Shown one piece after another: positions 29,414 through 39,199 of a stretch of DNA of 64,000 bases. The notes beneath the pieces were generated by a model that was not told where the DNA came from, made no database searches, and was given only the letters and a program-made list of their open reading frames with translations. Position 1 is the stretch's first letter; the number at the start of each line of letters is the position of its first letter. Source of the DNA: a virus (taxonomy: Duplodnaviria; Caudoviricetes); the IMG/VR virus record IMGVR_UViG_2933073624_000001, positions 1-64,000 of that record, one strand, 5' to 3'. The translations under genes were made by a program, and so were the position numbers.

Positions 29414-30928
29414 ATGACCGCAAAGCGTTCGCGCTTCGTGTGGGCCGTCGGCGCCGCTACCGTGCTCGCCACTGCTGCTACCGTCCTCCCCGCCAGTGCC
29501 CTCAACGGCCCCGACGCCCCGGCGCAGTTGAACTTCACCGCGAAGATCAACATCGGAGAGAAGACCGCCTGCACCGGCGCGCTCGTCTCGCCCCGGTGGG
29601 TCCTGACCGCGAAGAGCTGCTTCAGCGCCGCCGGGATTCCCGTCACGGGCAAGCCCGCCATCGCCACCACCGTCACCGTCGGCCGTACCGACCTGACGCA
29701 GACCACGCTCGGGGCTACCCGGGCCGCCGCCGAGCTGGTCCCGCACGCCGACCGGGACCTGGTCCTGGTCAAGCTCACGACCGGTGTGGCCGGCGTGAAG
29801 CCGGTCGCCCTGGCCTCCACCCCGGTGACCGCCGACCAGGCCGTCACCGCCGCCGGCTTCGGCCGCACGAAGACCGAGTGGGTTCCCGACAAGCTGCACA
29901 CCGGCGCGTTCACCGCAACCGGCGACAGCTCGGCGGACGTGGCCCTGACCGTCACCGGCGAGGCCGTGATCTGCCAGGGCGACACCGGCGGGCCGGTCCT
30001 GCGCACCAACGGCACCACCCAGGAACTGGTCGCCGTCGCCGGCCGGTCGTGGCAGGGCGGCTGTCTCGGCACCGACCCCGCCGAGACCCGCACCGGAGCC
30101 GTGGCCACCCGCGTCGACGACATACACACCTGGATCACCGACACCGCCACCCTCGTCCTCGGTGACATGAGCGGCGACAACAAGCCCGACCTCGTCGCGG
30201 TCGACGAGGACGGCAAGCTGTGGCTGTACCCCGGCACCGGCACCGGCGCGCTCGGCACCCGGATCCAGATCGGCACCGGCGGCTGGGGCGGCGCCTCGGT
30301 GGCGCACCGCGGCGACTGGACCGGTGACGGTGTGGAGGACATCGTCGCCGTCGTCACCGGCCAGCTGCTGGTCTACGCCAACCGCGGCGACGGCACCCTC
30401 GCGGCCCCGGTCAAGATCGGCACCGTGCCCACCACGGCCCAGATCGTCGTCCCCGGCGACGTCAACCGTGACGGGCACCCCGACGTCGTCGCCACCTATG
30501 ACGGCAAGCTCTACCTGTACACGGGCACCAGCGGCGCCAAGCCAGCCGTCTCCACCCCCATCATGATCGGCACCGGCGGCTGGGGCGTCATGGACCTCGC
30601 CGCTCCCGGCGACGCCAACAAGGACGGCCGCGTCGACCTGCTGGCCCGGGACACCCGTGACGGCATCCTGTACCACTACGCCGGACTGCCCGACGGAAAG
30701 AACTTCGGCGAGCGCACCGAGTACGGGCGCGGCTATACCACCTCCTTCCGGCCCCTGATCGCCGGCGCCGCCGACGCCGACCGCAATGGCGTCGCCGACA
30801 CCTGGACCACCGCGAGCGACGGCACCCTGAAGTTCTACAAGGGTGGCACCAACATTCACGGCCCCATCGACGGCCCGAGCATCCAGGTCGGCACCGGCGG
30901 TTGGCAGACCATCAAGTCCATCAGCTAG
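29414..30928 (+). CDS. umbA: UmbA: degenerate trypsin-like domain plus FG-GAP/VCBS-type repeats
   Basis: CTGALVSPRWVLTAKSC and GDTGGP (catalytic His and Ser replaced); GD.SGD.KPDL-type repeats. Confidence 0.85.
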   Translation: MTAKRSRFVWAVGAATVLATAATVLPASALNGPDAPAQLNFTAKINIGEKTACTGALVSPRWVLTAKSCFSAAGIPVTGKPAIATTVTVGRTDLTQTTLGATRAAAELVPHADRDLVLVKLTTGVAGVKPVALASTPVTADQAVTAAGFGRTKTEWVPDKLHTGAFTATGDSSADVALTVTGEAVICQGDTGGPVLRTNGTTQELVAVAGRSWQGGCLGTDPAETRTGAVATRVDDIHTWITDTATLVLGDMSGDNKPDLVAVDEDGKLWLYPGTGTGALGTRIQIGTGGWGGASVAHRGDWTGDGVEDIVAVVTGQLLVYANRGDGTLAAPVKIGTVPTTAQIVVPGDVNRDGHPDVVATYDGKLYLYTGTSGAKPAVSTPIMIGTGGWGVMDLAAPGDANKDGRVDLLARDTRDGILYHYAGLPDGKNFGERTEYGRGYTTSFRPLIAGAADADRNGVADTWTTASDGTLKFYKGGTNIHGPIDGPSIQVGTGGWQTIKSIS

Positions 30929-31249
30929 TGCTGTGACCACATAGGTTCACCAGGTTGCTCGTTGTGCTGGTTGGAAGCGATGTCGCTTCCAACCAGCAGG
31001 GGAGGCGGGATGGCACCACCGGTCAAGGTCCGGAGGCTGACGGAGCAGAAGGGGCAGAAGCTCCAGCAGATTGTTCGGCGGGGCAGTACGAGCTCGGTGC
31101 GGTTTCGGCGGGCGATGATGCTGCTGGCCTCGGCCGGCGGCAGCACGGTCCCGGTGATCGCGCGGCTGGTCCAGGCGGACGAGGACACCGTCCGTGACGT
31201 GATCCACCGCTTCAACGAGACCGGGCTTGCCTGCCTCAACCCTCAGTAA
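30926..31249 (+). mobile_element. IS630-family remnant (left end plus N-terminal transposase HTH)
   Basis: Begins TAGTGCTGTGACC at the umbA stop; VRRLTEQ...RRAMMLLASAGG...DEDTVRDVIHRFN then stop. Confidence 0.8.
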
Positions 31250-31577
31250 GGATCTTCAGAGTGGTCACCGATCGGGTGACGGCCGTCTACGGATAGCAGA
31301 CGAGGCCTTCGGGCAGTGATTCGAGATGTCTGACGTTTCATCCGCTTTGACCGGCGGCCTCGTTGGTCCCCTACCCTGCCGCACTTGACCTGCCGCACGC
31401 GCTCGTGGAGTAGGTGACGATGCTGAACGTTACCCGTGAAGGTGACCGTCGGTGCAAGCTGCCGCCCTCGCAACTTCCCAATGACGACTGTCAAGTCTGT
31501 GCGGCAGGCAGACACGGCTCGGGGTGTCCCATCCAGTACCTGGATGGGACACCCCGAGCCGTGGTGAAGGGGAGGTG

Positions 31578-31916
31578 TCAGGCTCCCGTGTGTTCGCCTG
31601 CGAAGGCCCATAGGGCGTCTGCGTCCTGTTCTTCGTCGGGTAGCTCGCCCTGGGGGCCCAGACCGTCGACGAGGGCAGGAAGTTCCTCGGCGAGATAGTC
31701 GGCGTACTCCTGTTCGGAGAGCTCCATCTCGGCCGCGAGGTCACTCAGGGCGCCTTCGGGTAGGGCGTTGAGGAGTTGGCGGCCGGTGACCGGCAGATTG
31801 GTGACCTCCCGGCTCAGCCAGGAGCCCACCTGGTCGCTGTAACCGTAGTCGGCCAGGTGCAGGAGGAGGACTTCGATCTCGTCGGGGGCCGACGCCCCGG
31901 TATTGTCGGCGGTCAC
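31578..31916 (-). CDS. YidB/DUF937-like protein
   Basis: DQVGSW...LPVTGRQL...LAEELPALVDGLGPQGELP. Confidence 0.65.
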   Translation of the reverse strand: MTADNTGASAPDEIEVLLLHLADYGYSDQVGSWLSREVTNLPVTGRQLLNALPEGALSDLAAEMELSEQEYADYLAEELPALVDGLGPQGELPDEEQDADALWAFAGEHTGA

Positions 31917-32046
31917 TTGTTTGCCCCCTTCTCCGTGGCGGCGCGGCCCAGCGCGCTCAGCCGCTGGCGTGCTTCCTGGGCCGTGCCATGCTTCCCGAGA
32001 CGAAGCCCCCGCACCTAGACCAGTGCAGGGGCCTCGGCGACACGCG

Positions 32047-32541
32047 TCAGGACACGTCGCCGCGCACACCCTCGCCGATCAGGCCATCGGTGTACGTCAC
32101 GTACTTCGCCGTGAACGAGCCCTTCGCGGTGACCGTCCCGCTCACGTTCTCCCCGGGCGCCAGCTTCACGGTGCCGATCTGGTCCTTGTCCATCCCCAGC
32201 TCGACCGTGTGCTTGCTGCCGCTGGTGTCGGTGATGGTGAAGAACAGCGGGTTGACGTTGATCTCCTCGTCACCGCCGTTCGTGACGGTGACGGACACGC
32301 TGGTGAAGTCGCTGCCGTCGTGCAGAACGGTCGGCTTGAACTCCACCCGCTTGGCCGTGACCTTCACCCCAGCGTCATCGGCCGGCTCCTCCCTCTCGGC
32401 GGCCTCGCTGCTCTTCGCGGGAGCCGCCGAGGCGGTGCCGCTCTTCGCCGCCCCCGAGGTGCTGCCGTCGGTCCCCGTGCAGCCGGTCAGCATCCCCGCG
32501 GCAACAGCCGCCGCGAGCACCGAAAGCATCAGCTTGCGCAT
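32047..32541 (-). CDS. DUF4352-like lipoprotein
   Basis: LTGC lipobox; VTVTNGG...VNPLFFTITD..G.K; LAPGE. Confidence 0.75.
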   Translation of the reverse strand: MRKLMLSVLAAAVAAGMLTGCTGTDGSTSGAAKSGTASAAPAKSSEAAEREEPADDAGVKVTAKRVEFKPTVLHDGSDFTSVSVTVTNGGDEEINVNPLFFTITDTSGSKHTVELGMDKDQIGTVKLAPGENVSGTVTAKGSFTAKYVTYTDGLIGEGVRGDVS

Positions 32542-32778
32542 GTCGTCCTCTCTCCAGTCGTGACCGGCCGACCGTACGAGGGACATCCGGCACCCGCCCC
32601 CGACAATCAGGGGCAACCACTCTCACCGGCTACACCTCGCTCGCCGGTCCGGACACGTCCGCAGCCCTGTCCGGACCGGCGATCCGAAAGAGCGAACAGC
32701 CCTGACCAGCACGGACCCCGCCCGGACACGACGACGGCCCCCTCCCGCACGAAGCGGGCAAGGGGCCGTTCGCTGGCG

Positions 32779-33594
32779 TTATGCCTCAGGCCGGTCCTTC
32801 ACTGTGGCGTCCTTCTTGCGGCGCGCACCGCTGAGGCCCTTACCGATCTGCTGTGCGCGTGCCGAGGTCACGTCACCGATGATCTCGGCGATCCGCTGCC
32901 AGCTCAGTTCCCGGTCGTACCGCAGGGAGTTGACCCGATCCTCCCTGAGCTGCCGCAGGCTGGACCCGAGATCCGGCCACTGCCGCAGGACGACGGAGAC
33001 GGCGTATGTGCAGGCGGCGTCGTCCTCGATCTCCGCCAGGGCGGCGAAGGCCTCCAGCAGCCGGGTTACCTCCGGCGGAACCTCCTCTTGACCGTCTGAC
33101 GCTCCTCGCTCCAACTGGGCGCGCAGCTTCGCGGCGTAGTCGGGCAGCAGGCCGGACGCCTCCAGGTGCTCGACCTCTGCCCACCCGCCGGCCAGCCGCG
33201 CTTCCTCCCGGGACGCTCCGGAGCCGAGAGCGGCGTAGGTCGCACACCAGCGAGCCTCGGCCGCCTCGCGCTGGGCCCTGCCGCGCTCGGCCGGGCCGGT
33301 ATGCCGGGGAGTGCCGAACACATTGTGAGCAGGATGCTCCCGGCGGATCGCCGCCCTCTCCGCCTTGTAGGCGTCCTCCCGGGAGGCGTGCCACTCCTCA
33401 GCGCGCGAGGCGACGAGCGGCCACCACGACTTGCTCTGGTGTCCTTTGCAGCGCACATTCGGCTCGTACGCCGACCCGATGTAGAGCAGCGTGCCGTCTT
33501 CCGCGTAGAGGCGGTAGACGGCAGCCGGCATCCCGAGCTGCTGTTCGGAGCTACCCGCCGACCTGGCCGCCCTCGCGGGCTCCGTTGTCGTCAT
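32779..33594 (-). CDS. GIY-YIG nuclease domain fused to a C-terminal HTH
   Basis: VYRLY...LLYIG...E..AI..E.P.HN; LSWQRIAEIIGDVTSARAQQI. Confidence 0.78.
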   Translation of the reverse strand: MTTTEPARAARSAGSSEQQLGMPAAVYRLYAEDGTLLYIGSAYEPNVRCKGHQSKSWWPLVASRAEEWHASREDAYKAERAAIRREHPAHNVFGTPRHTGPAERGRAQREAAEARWCATYAALGSGASREEARLAGGWAEVEHLEASGLLPDYAAKLRAQLERGASDGQEEVPPEVTRLLEAFAALAEIEDDAACTYAVSVVLRQWPDLGSSLRQLREDRVNSLRYDRELSWQRIAEIIGDVTSARAQQIGKGLSGARRKKDATVKDRPEA

Positions 33595-33913
33595 CCTTCA
33601 CCTTCCGTGGCCGGGTCTTCCCTGATCCGGAGTACCCGCGCTCGATGTCTTGGACAGTGGAGGGATGGACGCCGAGCTTCGCCGCGAGCGCTCGGACTGA
33701 GGTCTTCTGGACCCGCTGGTCCAACACGTAGGCCCGTCGGATATCGCTGAGTTCCTTGATCCGGGGACCGTACTCCCGGAGGAACTTGCTGATCTCGCGG
33801 GCGCGGGCCTCTTCGTCCTCGATGTCCTTGAGGGCGTCCAGAGCGTCAAACACGCGCTGCGCCTCCTCCCCGTCACCTGCCAGTTCCTCGGCCATTCGGT
33901 TCCTATCCGCCAT
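33551..33913 (-). CDS. HTH regulator (paralog of the C-terminal half of 32779..33594)
   Basis: SVRALAAKLGVHPSTVQDIERG; alternative start at 33895. Confidence 0.75.
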   Translation of the reverse strand: MADRNRMAEELAGDGEEAQRVFDALDALKDIEDEEARAREISKFLREYGPRIKELSDIRRAYVLDQRVQKTSVRALAAKLGVHPSTVQDIERGYSGSGKTRPRKVKDDDNGAREGGQVGG

Positions 33914-33916
33914 AGC

Positions 33917-33959
33917 CGCTTGCCCGACCGTATGGGGCTCCCATACAGTCGGGCAAGCG
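33917..33959. promoter_or_regulatory. 20-bp inverted repeat (19/20 match), probable operator of the divergent HTH pair
   Basis: CGCTTGCCCGACCGTATGGG-gct-CCCATACAGTCGGGCAAGCG, 3 bp from the HTH start. Confidence 0.7.
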
Positions 33960-34054
33960 ACACCACGTTGCACGTACAAGTCGGCCCCCAGCCAGGGCCT
34001 CAGAAACGCTGGCTGGGGGCCGCGCCAGACACCTGCCACACAGGAGCTGACGCT

Positions 34055-34651
34055 GTGAGTAACTGTACTGATCGAAACTTGGGGCGCCTCGTGGCGTACC
34101 CGAATGTCCGGAAGGACATGGCGCGCGTCCTGTTCGCGGTCGCGGAGCACTTCGCGTCGACGACGCCGAGTGCGCCGCTGGACCCGATGTCGCTGCCGGT
34201 CGCGGTGGACGCGGAGTCGTACCGGCTGCACGGCCGGAGCGTCAGGGGCCGGGCTGCGGCGTTCGGGACGATCGTGTCGAAGACGATCCCGAAGGGCGCG
34301 GTGTCGGAGGGTGCGACGCGCGGTGAGTGCGCGGCGATCGTCCGGGGGCTGGCGGAGCGCGTGGAGCGCGCGTCGGAGAGGGGCGCGGAGCACGAGCGGG
34401 CTGGGGACGAGCAGGACGTCCCGGGTCGGTCGCACCCGGAGCTGGTGGGGGGCGGGTCTGATGACGCTTCTCCTCGACCGGGTCGTGGGTCTGTCCTTGG
34501 GGGCGGACGACGAGGACCTGAACGCGCCGTGGTTGCCGAGGATTCCGAGGCCGCGTCCGGCGGAGCGGCCGGTGAAGATTCCGGCGAAGGTGCCGGAGCA
34601 GCCGACGGGTTCGGCGGGTCCGTCGTGCTGTGGGCGTCCGATGCGGCGTGA
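34055..34651 (+). CDS. hypothetical protein, first gene of the spread-like operon (3' end overlaps next ORF, uncertain)
   Basis: AGGAG RBS and GTG start. Confidence 0.45.
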   Translation: MSNCTDRNLGRLVAYPNVRKDMARVLFAVAEHFASTTPSAPLDPMSLPVAVDAESYRLHGRSVRGRAAAFGTIVSKTIPKGAVSEGATRGECAAIVRGLAERVERASERGAEHERAGDEQDVPGRSHPELVGGGSDDASPRPGRGSVLGGGRRGPERAVVAEDSEAASGGAAGEDSGEGAGAADGFGGSVVLWASDAA

Positions 34652-34850
34652 CGGCGCGCAGTTCGTGTGCGGCCGCTGCGGCAGCTGGAGCGACCTGGGG
34701 GTTGCGCTGGTCACGGCCGGCCCGGTCGCGGGCCAGTCGTGCGGCACGTGCCAGGGCCGGGGCGGCAAGGAGGTCGACACGTCGTCGGGCGGGGTGACCC
34801 GCAAGTCCTGGCAGACGTGCTCGGACTGCCGTGGAACGGGGTCCCGCTGA
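34461..34850 (+). CDS. hypothetical protein with zinc ribbon and DnaJ-type CxxCxGxG motifs
   Basis: CGTCQGRG, CSDCRGTG. Confidence 0.55.
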   Translation: MTLLLDRVVGLSLGADDEDLNAPWLPRIPRPRPAERPVKIPAKVPEQPTGSAGPSCCGRPMRRDGAQFVCGRCGSWSDLGVALVTAGPVAGQSCGTCQGRGGKEVDTSSGGVTRKSWQTCSDCRGTGSR

Positions 34851-35405
34851 TGAGCAGCAGCGAGGAGCTCCGGAAGGCCGCCGAGGCGTACCGCGCCGGT
34901 GCCGCGCAGCACGACCTGCGCGCCGTGGCCGCCGGGGACGCGAAGACGAAGGCGAACGCGAAGGCGGCGGCGAAGGCGAGGCGGTCCTGATGTGGAGGGC
35001 GAAGCCGAGCAAGGAGACCGTCGAGGCCGCCCGTCGGGACTTCGAGGAGGCCGAGGAAGCCCGGCGCGCGAACAGCAACCGGGACGACATCGACGCCGAG
35101 ACGGACCGGACGCTGATGAACGGAGGCCACCTGTGAAGGGCCTCGCCTGGCTGAGGGGCGGTAACGACCGCGACCTGGCCGCCACCCACTACGCGGACCG
35201 TACGTCCGCGACCGAGCAGGCCGCCGAGGCTCGGCGAGCCAAGGAGCGCGCCAGGCGGGCGCGGGACGCCGACAAGGCGGGCCGGGCCGGTCAGGCGTGG
35301 CAGGAAGCCGATCGTCGCCGCTTCCACGGCTGACGGCGGTACTGGCCGACCCGTCCTCTCCGGGGCGGGTCGGCCTTCCCGTGTCACGACAGAAAGGACA
35401 GGACC

Positions 35406-36734
35406 GTGGAGCAGGAGCAGCAGGCGCGGATCCCCGGTTTCCGGTATCGGCGGGTCACCCGGTACAGGACCGAGACGACCACGATCAACGGCATCCCCGA
35501 GACGGAGGAAGTGCCGTACGAGGCGTGGGAGCTCGTTCCGCCGCGTGACTGGGACGGGGTGATTCTGCGGGGGATCACGGTCGGGGCTTGCGCTGTGACG
35601 GTCCTGGCCGCCGGCGCGACGTCGGCGAGTATCGGCGGGTTGTTGAGCCGTCTGGTCTGGGAGCCGGTCGCGTACTCCAGTGCCGTGGTGCTGACGGTCC
35701 CGTGGCTCGCGTGCCAGGCTGCCGAGTACTACCTGCGCCGCGAGCCCGAGCGTGCCAGGAGGGCCCGTATCGGGGGCTGGTTCCTCCTCCTGCTGTCCAT
35801 GGGCGCGGTGTTCACGTACGGCGCCACCAAGGGGGAACCGGCCGCTGGTGCGATCGGCGCGACGATCGACCTGGCCTCCAAGGGCATGTGGGTGCTGGTG
35901 CACACGCTGCACCACGTGCCGTTGTCGCGGGGCGTGGCGAACTGGCTGCGGCGCCGGAAGGAGGAGCTGGCCGCCGACGCGGTCCTGGCCGCCGACACGC
36001 GGCGCCTGAACGAGTACGAGGCGTACCTGCTCGCGGCCTACCCCGAGCACGGTGCGACGCGCGTGATCACGACCGCGCCGGAGGCTCCCGCGCTCCAGTT
36101 CGGCGCGGTGTCCGGTCAGGTGCCGGTCGCGGCCGCTCCGGCGCGCGAGCCCGCCGCCGTGCAGGAGCCTGCCTCAGTCCCCGCGGCCCCGCAGGTGTCC
36201 GGACCGGATCCCCGGACGGTGTCCGCGCCGGTCGCAGCCACCGTCGCGGCCCCGGCCCCGACATCCGATCCGGTCGCCCCGCACGCGGCCGGACCGGTCG
36301 TCTGGACGATGTCCGCGCCGGTCAGCACCCCTGTCGCAGCTCCGGTGCCGCCGGTGTCCGCCCCGGTCCCGGCGGCGCCCGCCGTCCCCCCGGTGGCGGC
36401 TCCGGTCCCGGTGGTGCAGCTCAACAAGGCTGAGGTTTCGGCCCCGTTGGTCCCGTCGTCGGACTCGTCCGCTTCGGTCCCTTCGGTCCCTGTAGCCCCT
36501 CCTGCTGACCCGGCCGACGGCCAGGAGGAGCCCGAGCCCCCGGCGGTCGCCTACATCAGCCTGCCGACGATCTCGAAGGTCTGCCGCGACGAGATCAAGA
36601 AGAACCGCGCGGTCACGGATGACGAGCTGTTCGAGGCCGTTGTCGCCGCCGGGCACGACCGCGCGCGGCTGAACCCGGACACGATCCGGCGGACCGCCCA
36701 GAAGATCGATCCGGGCCGGAAGAAGGCGTCGTGA
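35406..36734 (+). CDS. SpdB-like multi-pass membrane protein with Pro/Ala linker and C-terminal helical domain
   Basis: About four hydrophobic helices and a long P/A/V region; architecture resembles Streptomyces plasmid spread proteins. Confidence 0.6.
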   Translation: MEQEQQARIPGFRYRRVTRYRTETTTINGIPETEEVPYEAWELVPPRDWDGVILRGITVGACAVTVLAAGATSASIGGLLSRLVWEPVAYSSAVVLTVPWLACQAAEYYLRREPERARRARIGGWFLLLLSMGAVFTYGATKGEPAAGAIGATIDLASKGMWVLVHTLHHVPLSRGVANWLRRRKEELAADAVLAADTRRLNEYEAYLLAAYPEHGATRVITTAPEAPALQFGAVSGQVPVAAAPAREPAAVQEPASVPAAPQVSGPDPRTVSAPVAATVAAPAPTSDPVAPHAAGPVVWTMSAPVSTPVAAPVPPVSAPVPAAPAVPPVAAPVPVVQLNKAEVSAPLVPSSDSSASVPSVPVAPPADPADGQEEPEPPAVAYISLPTISKVCRDEIKKNRAVTDDELFEAVVAAGHDRARLNPDTIRRTAQKIDPGRKKAS

Positions 36735-37387
36735 CGCTCGTCTTCGTCCTCGTCGTGGCTGCTGCCGTCGCCTGGTACCTCCAGGCGCGGCAGCGGCCCG
36801 GCGCGGGCTCCTCCGCCGCCGCGAAGGCCCGTCGCCTCCGCAGCCCCCTCGTACGCCTCGCCGACCTGCTCGGCGTCGAGACCGCGCGCGGTCGCCGGGC
36901 GGACCAGTGGGCTGCCGGGGCTGCGGGCGAGCGAGCCACCGCTGCCCGCCTCGCCCCTCTGGCCCGCTCGGGCTGGACCGTCTTGCACGACCGCGCCCTG
37001 CCGACAGGCCGGGCCAACGTCGATCACCTGCTCGTCTCGCCGTCCGGCGTCGTCATCGTCGTCGACTCCAAGCGCTGGTCGGCCCGTTACCCGCTGAGCG
37101 TCACCGGCGGCCGGCTCATGCACGGCGACCGCGACGTCACCGCCCGGCTGAACGGCGTGCGGCACGAGGCCGCGACCGTCGCCCGGGTCCTGGGCTGCCG
37201 CGTCATCCCGCTCGTCTCCATGGACGGCCCGGCGATGCCCCCCGAGCTCGTGCTCGACGGCGTCCGGATCGTCCCCGCGGACCAGGCCGTGCCCGTCCTG
37301 CGCGTCCTCGGCCGCCGCTACCGCGCGACCGGCCCGCACCCCGGCGCCCGCGCCACCCAACTCTTCGCCCCGTACCGGAAGAAGTAA
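36731..37387 (+). CDS. membrane-anchored NERD nuclease-domain protein
   Basis: GAAGER, VLHDR, ANVDHLLVSPSGV.VVDSK. Confidence 0.85.
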   Translation: MTLVFVLVVAAAVAWYLQARQRPGAGSSAAAKARRLRSPLVRLADLLGVETARGRRADQWAAGAAGERATAARLAPLARSGWTVLHDRALPTGRANVDHLLVSPSGVVIVVDSKRWSARYPLSVTGGRLMHGDRDVTARLNGVRHEAATVARVLGCRVIPLVSMDGPAMPPELVLDGVRIVPADQAVPVLRVLGRRYRATGPHPGARATQLFAPYRKK

Positions 37388-37709
37388 CCCCCGATGATCT
37401 ACGGATACCTGGCCCTGGGCCTGTTTGGCATGCTGATCGACCTGTTCGGGCGCGGGGACAACCTCCGCGAGTTCGGCCGCCTGTGCGCTGCCGGAGCCTT
37501 CGTCCTCATCGCCTTGAACTGGGACGTGCAGTGAGCGCCGCCCCCGGGGCCGACGAGCTCCAGATCCGCACCCTCCTCCTCGACCTCGGCCTGGACTGGA
37601 ACCCGCTGGGCGCCCCGGCCGCCGAGGACGACCAGGCCGACGACGAGACCGGCCAGACCCGCGGCCGCCTGGCCGCCCGCCTCTCCCGCCTGCTGCACCG
37701 GAGCACCCG

Positions 37710-38756
37710 ATGAGCGACACCACCCGAGAGAACGAAGAGACCGAGGACACGCCGGCGTTCCGCTTCCGGGACGTCCTCCAGTTCCTGCGTCCCGTTCAGG
37801 ACGACCAGGACGAGGACGCCGACGGCGGAGACGGACTCGAGGACGCGGGGGAGGAGCGGCCGGTGTTCCGGGTCCGCGACGTCTTCCAGTTCCGCCGCCC
37901 CGCCGCCGAGGACGACACCGACGACGACCAGGAGGAAACCGTCCCCGAGGCGCCCGTGGCCGCTCCTGCCTCCGTGAGGGTGCCGCAGGCGCGGCCGGTC
38001 GACGCGAGCGGCCACCGGATGCCGAACTGGTGGGAGACGGACAAGAGTGACCTGGCCCCGCGGACTCCTCCGGCGCCGAAGGTGACCGACGGGGTGAACT
38101 GGGTCGGGCGCGTCCCGCACCACGTCCCTGCCGCGACGCTGTGCTCCCACCCCGCCCCGCACGCCGTCCGCGCGCAGCCGACGAACAAGCTGGTGGCGTT
38201 CTGGTGCGAGGACTGTGCGACACAGCTCGAAGTGCCCCCGGGCTACGACGAGCTGGAAGAGGTGACCGCCGGTCCGGAGAAGGCCGCAGACGGCGAGGAA
38301 GAGGCCGAGGAGGACGACAGGGGAGAGCAGGGCGGCAAGGGCATCGCGAAGGTCCCGGCCGCCATCCGCGCCCGCTGGAACGGCAGCTTCGGCGGGAGGG
38401 TCTACAGCCGCCCCGCCTACCGCTCGGGCCCGGCGCCCAAGCTGTCGCTCATCCAGATCTGGGGCCGGACGTCCCCGAAGACCCGGCACCTGCTCTACAA
38501 CGGCACCGCCCTCGGCGTCGGTTTCTGGTTCGGCGTCCCGCAGTGGTTCACCGCAGAAGTTGCCTACCTGGACGCCACGTACGACTCGTGGACCGAGCCG
38601 TACGTGTGCCTCTGGTACGGCATCGCCGTCGGCATCTGGGCCATCGACCACCGCACCGGCCGCTGGCTCCCGCCCTTCGCCCTGATCGGCCGCATCCCCC
38701 TCATCTCGATGATCTTCGGCGTCCTGCTGTACGGCACGCCGGCGCTCGTCTCCTAG
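37710..38756 (+). CDS. hypothetical membrane protein with acidic N-terminus
   Basis: C-terminal hydrophobic helices; duplicated FR.RDV.QF motif. Confidence 0.6.
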   Translation: MSDTTRENEETEDTPAFRFRDVLQFLRPVQDDQDEDADGGDGLEDAGEERPVFRVRDVFQFRRPAAEDDTDDDQEETVPEAPVAAPASVRVPQARPVDASGHRMPNWWETDKSDLAPRTPPAPKVTDGVNWVGRVPHHVPAATLCSHPAPHAVRAQPTNKLVAFWCEDCATQLEVPPGYDELEEVTAGPEKAADGEEEAEEDDRGEQGGKGIAKVPAAIRARWNGSFGGRVYSRPAYRSGPAPKLSLIQIWGRTSPKTRHLLYNGTALGVGFWFGVPQWFTAEVAYLDATYDSWTEPYVCLWYGIAVGIWAIDHRTGRWLPPFALIGRIPLISMIFGVLLYGTPALVS

Positions 38757-38776
38757 CCAGAACGGAACACCCGCAC

Positions 38777-39199
38777 ATGTCTGTCATCAGCGGCCTCGGC
38801 ACCCTCGGCGTCAGCCTCGCCCTCGTCCTGGTCCTCTGGTTCGGTACCGGCAAGAACGCCGGTAGCGGGAAGATGCCCGCGCTCGGCTGGGGCGCGACGT
38901 TCTTCCTCGCCCTCCTCGCCGGAAGCGGCCTCGCGGTCTCCGGCGACCCCCTCAAGTTCCGGGGCGCGGTCCAGGACCTCCTGAGCTTCCTCAACAAGAT
39001 CGGCTCGAGCCTCCAGGCCGGCGGGGTCACCATGGCCGGTCTCGCGGTCCTGATCCTGGTGATCGTCCTGTACAAGAAGATGACCACCCGGATCCTGGCC
39101 GTCCTCGGCATCCTGCTCTTCTTCGCGGCCGGGTCCGCCGGGGGCACGATGGGCACCCTGTCCGGCGCACTGACCTCGATCGTCAACGAGTTCGCGTGA
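38777..39199 (+). CDS. small multi-pass membrane protein
   Basis: Four hydrophobic segments. Confidence 0.7.
   Translation: MSVISGLGTLGVSLALVLVLWFGTGKNAGSGKMPALGWGATFFLALLAGSGLAVSGDPLKFRGAVQDLLSFLNKIGSSLQAGGVTMAGLAVLILVIVLYKKMTTRILAVLGILLFFAAGSAGGTMGTLSGALTSIVNEFA

Noticed and set aside
29414-30150. Active secreted serine protease
   Set aside because: Catalytic His and Ser positions read TAKSC and GDTGG, which fits a non-catalytic UmbA scaffold
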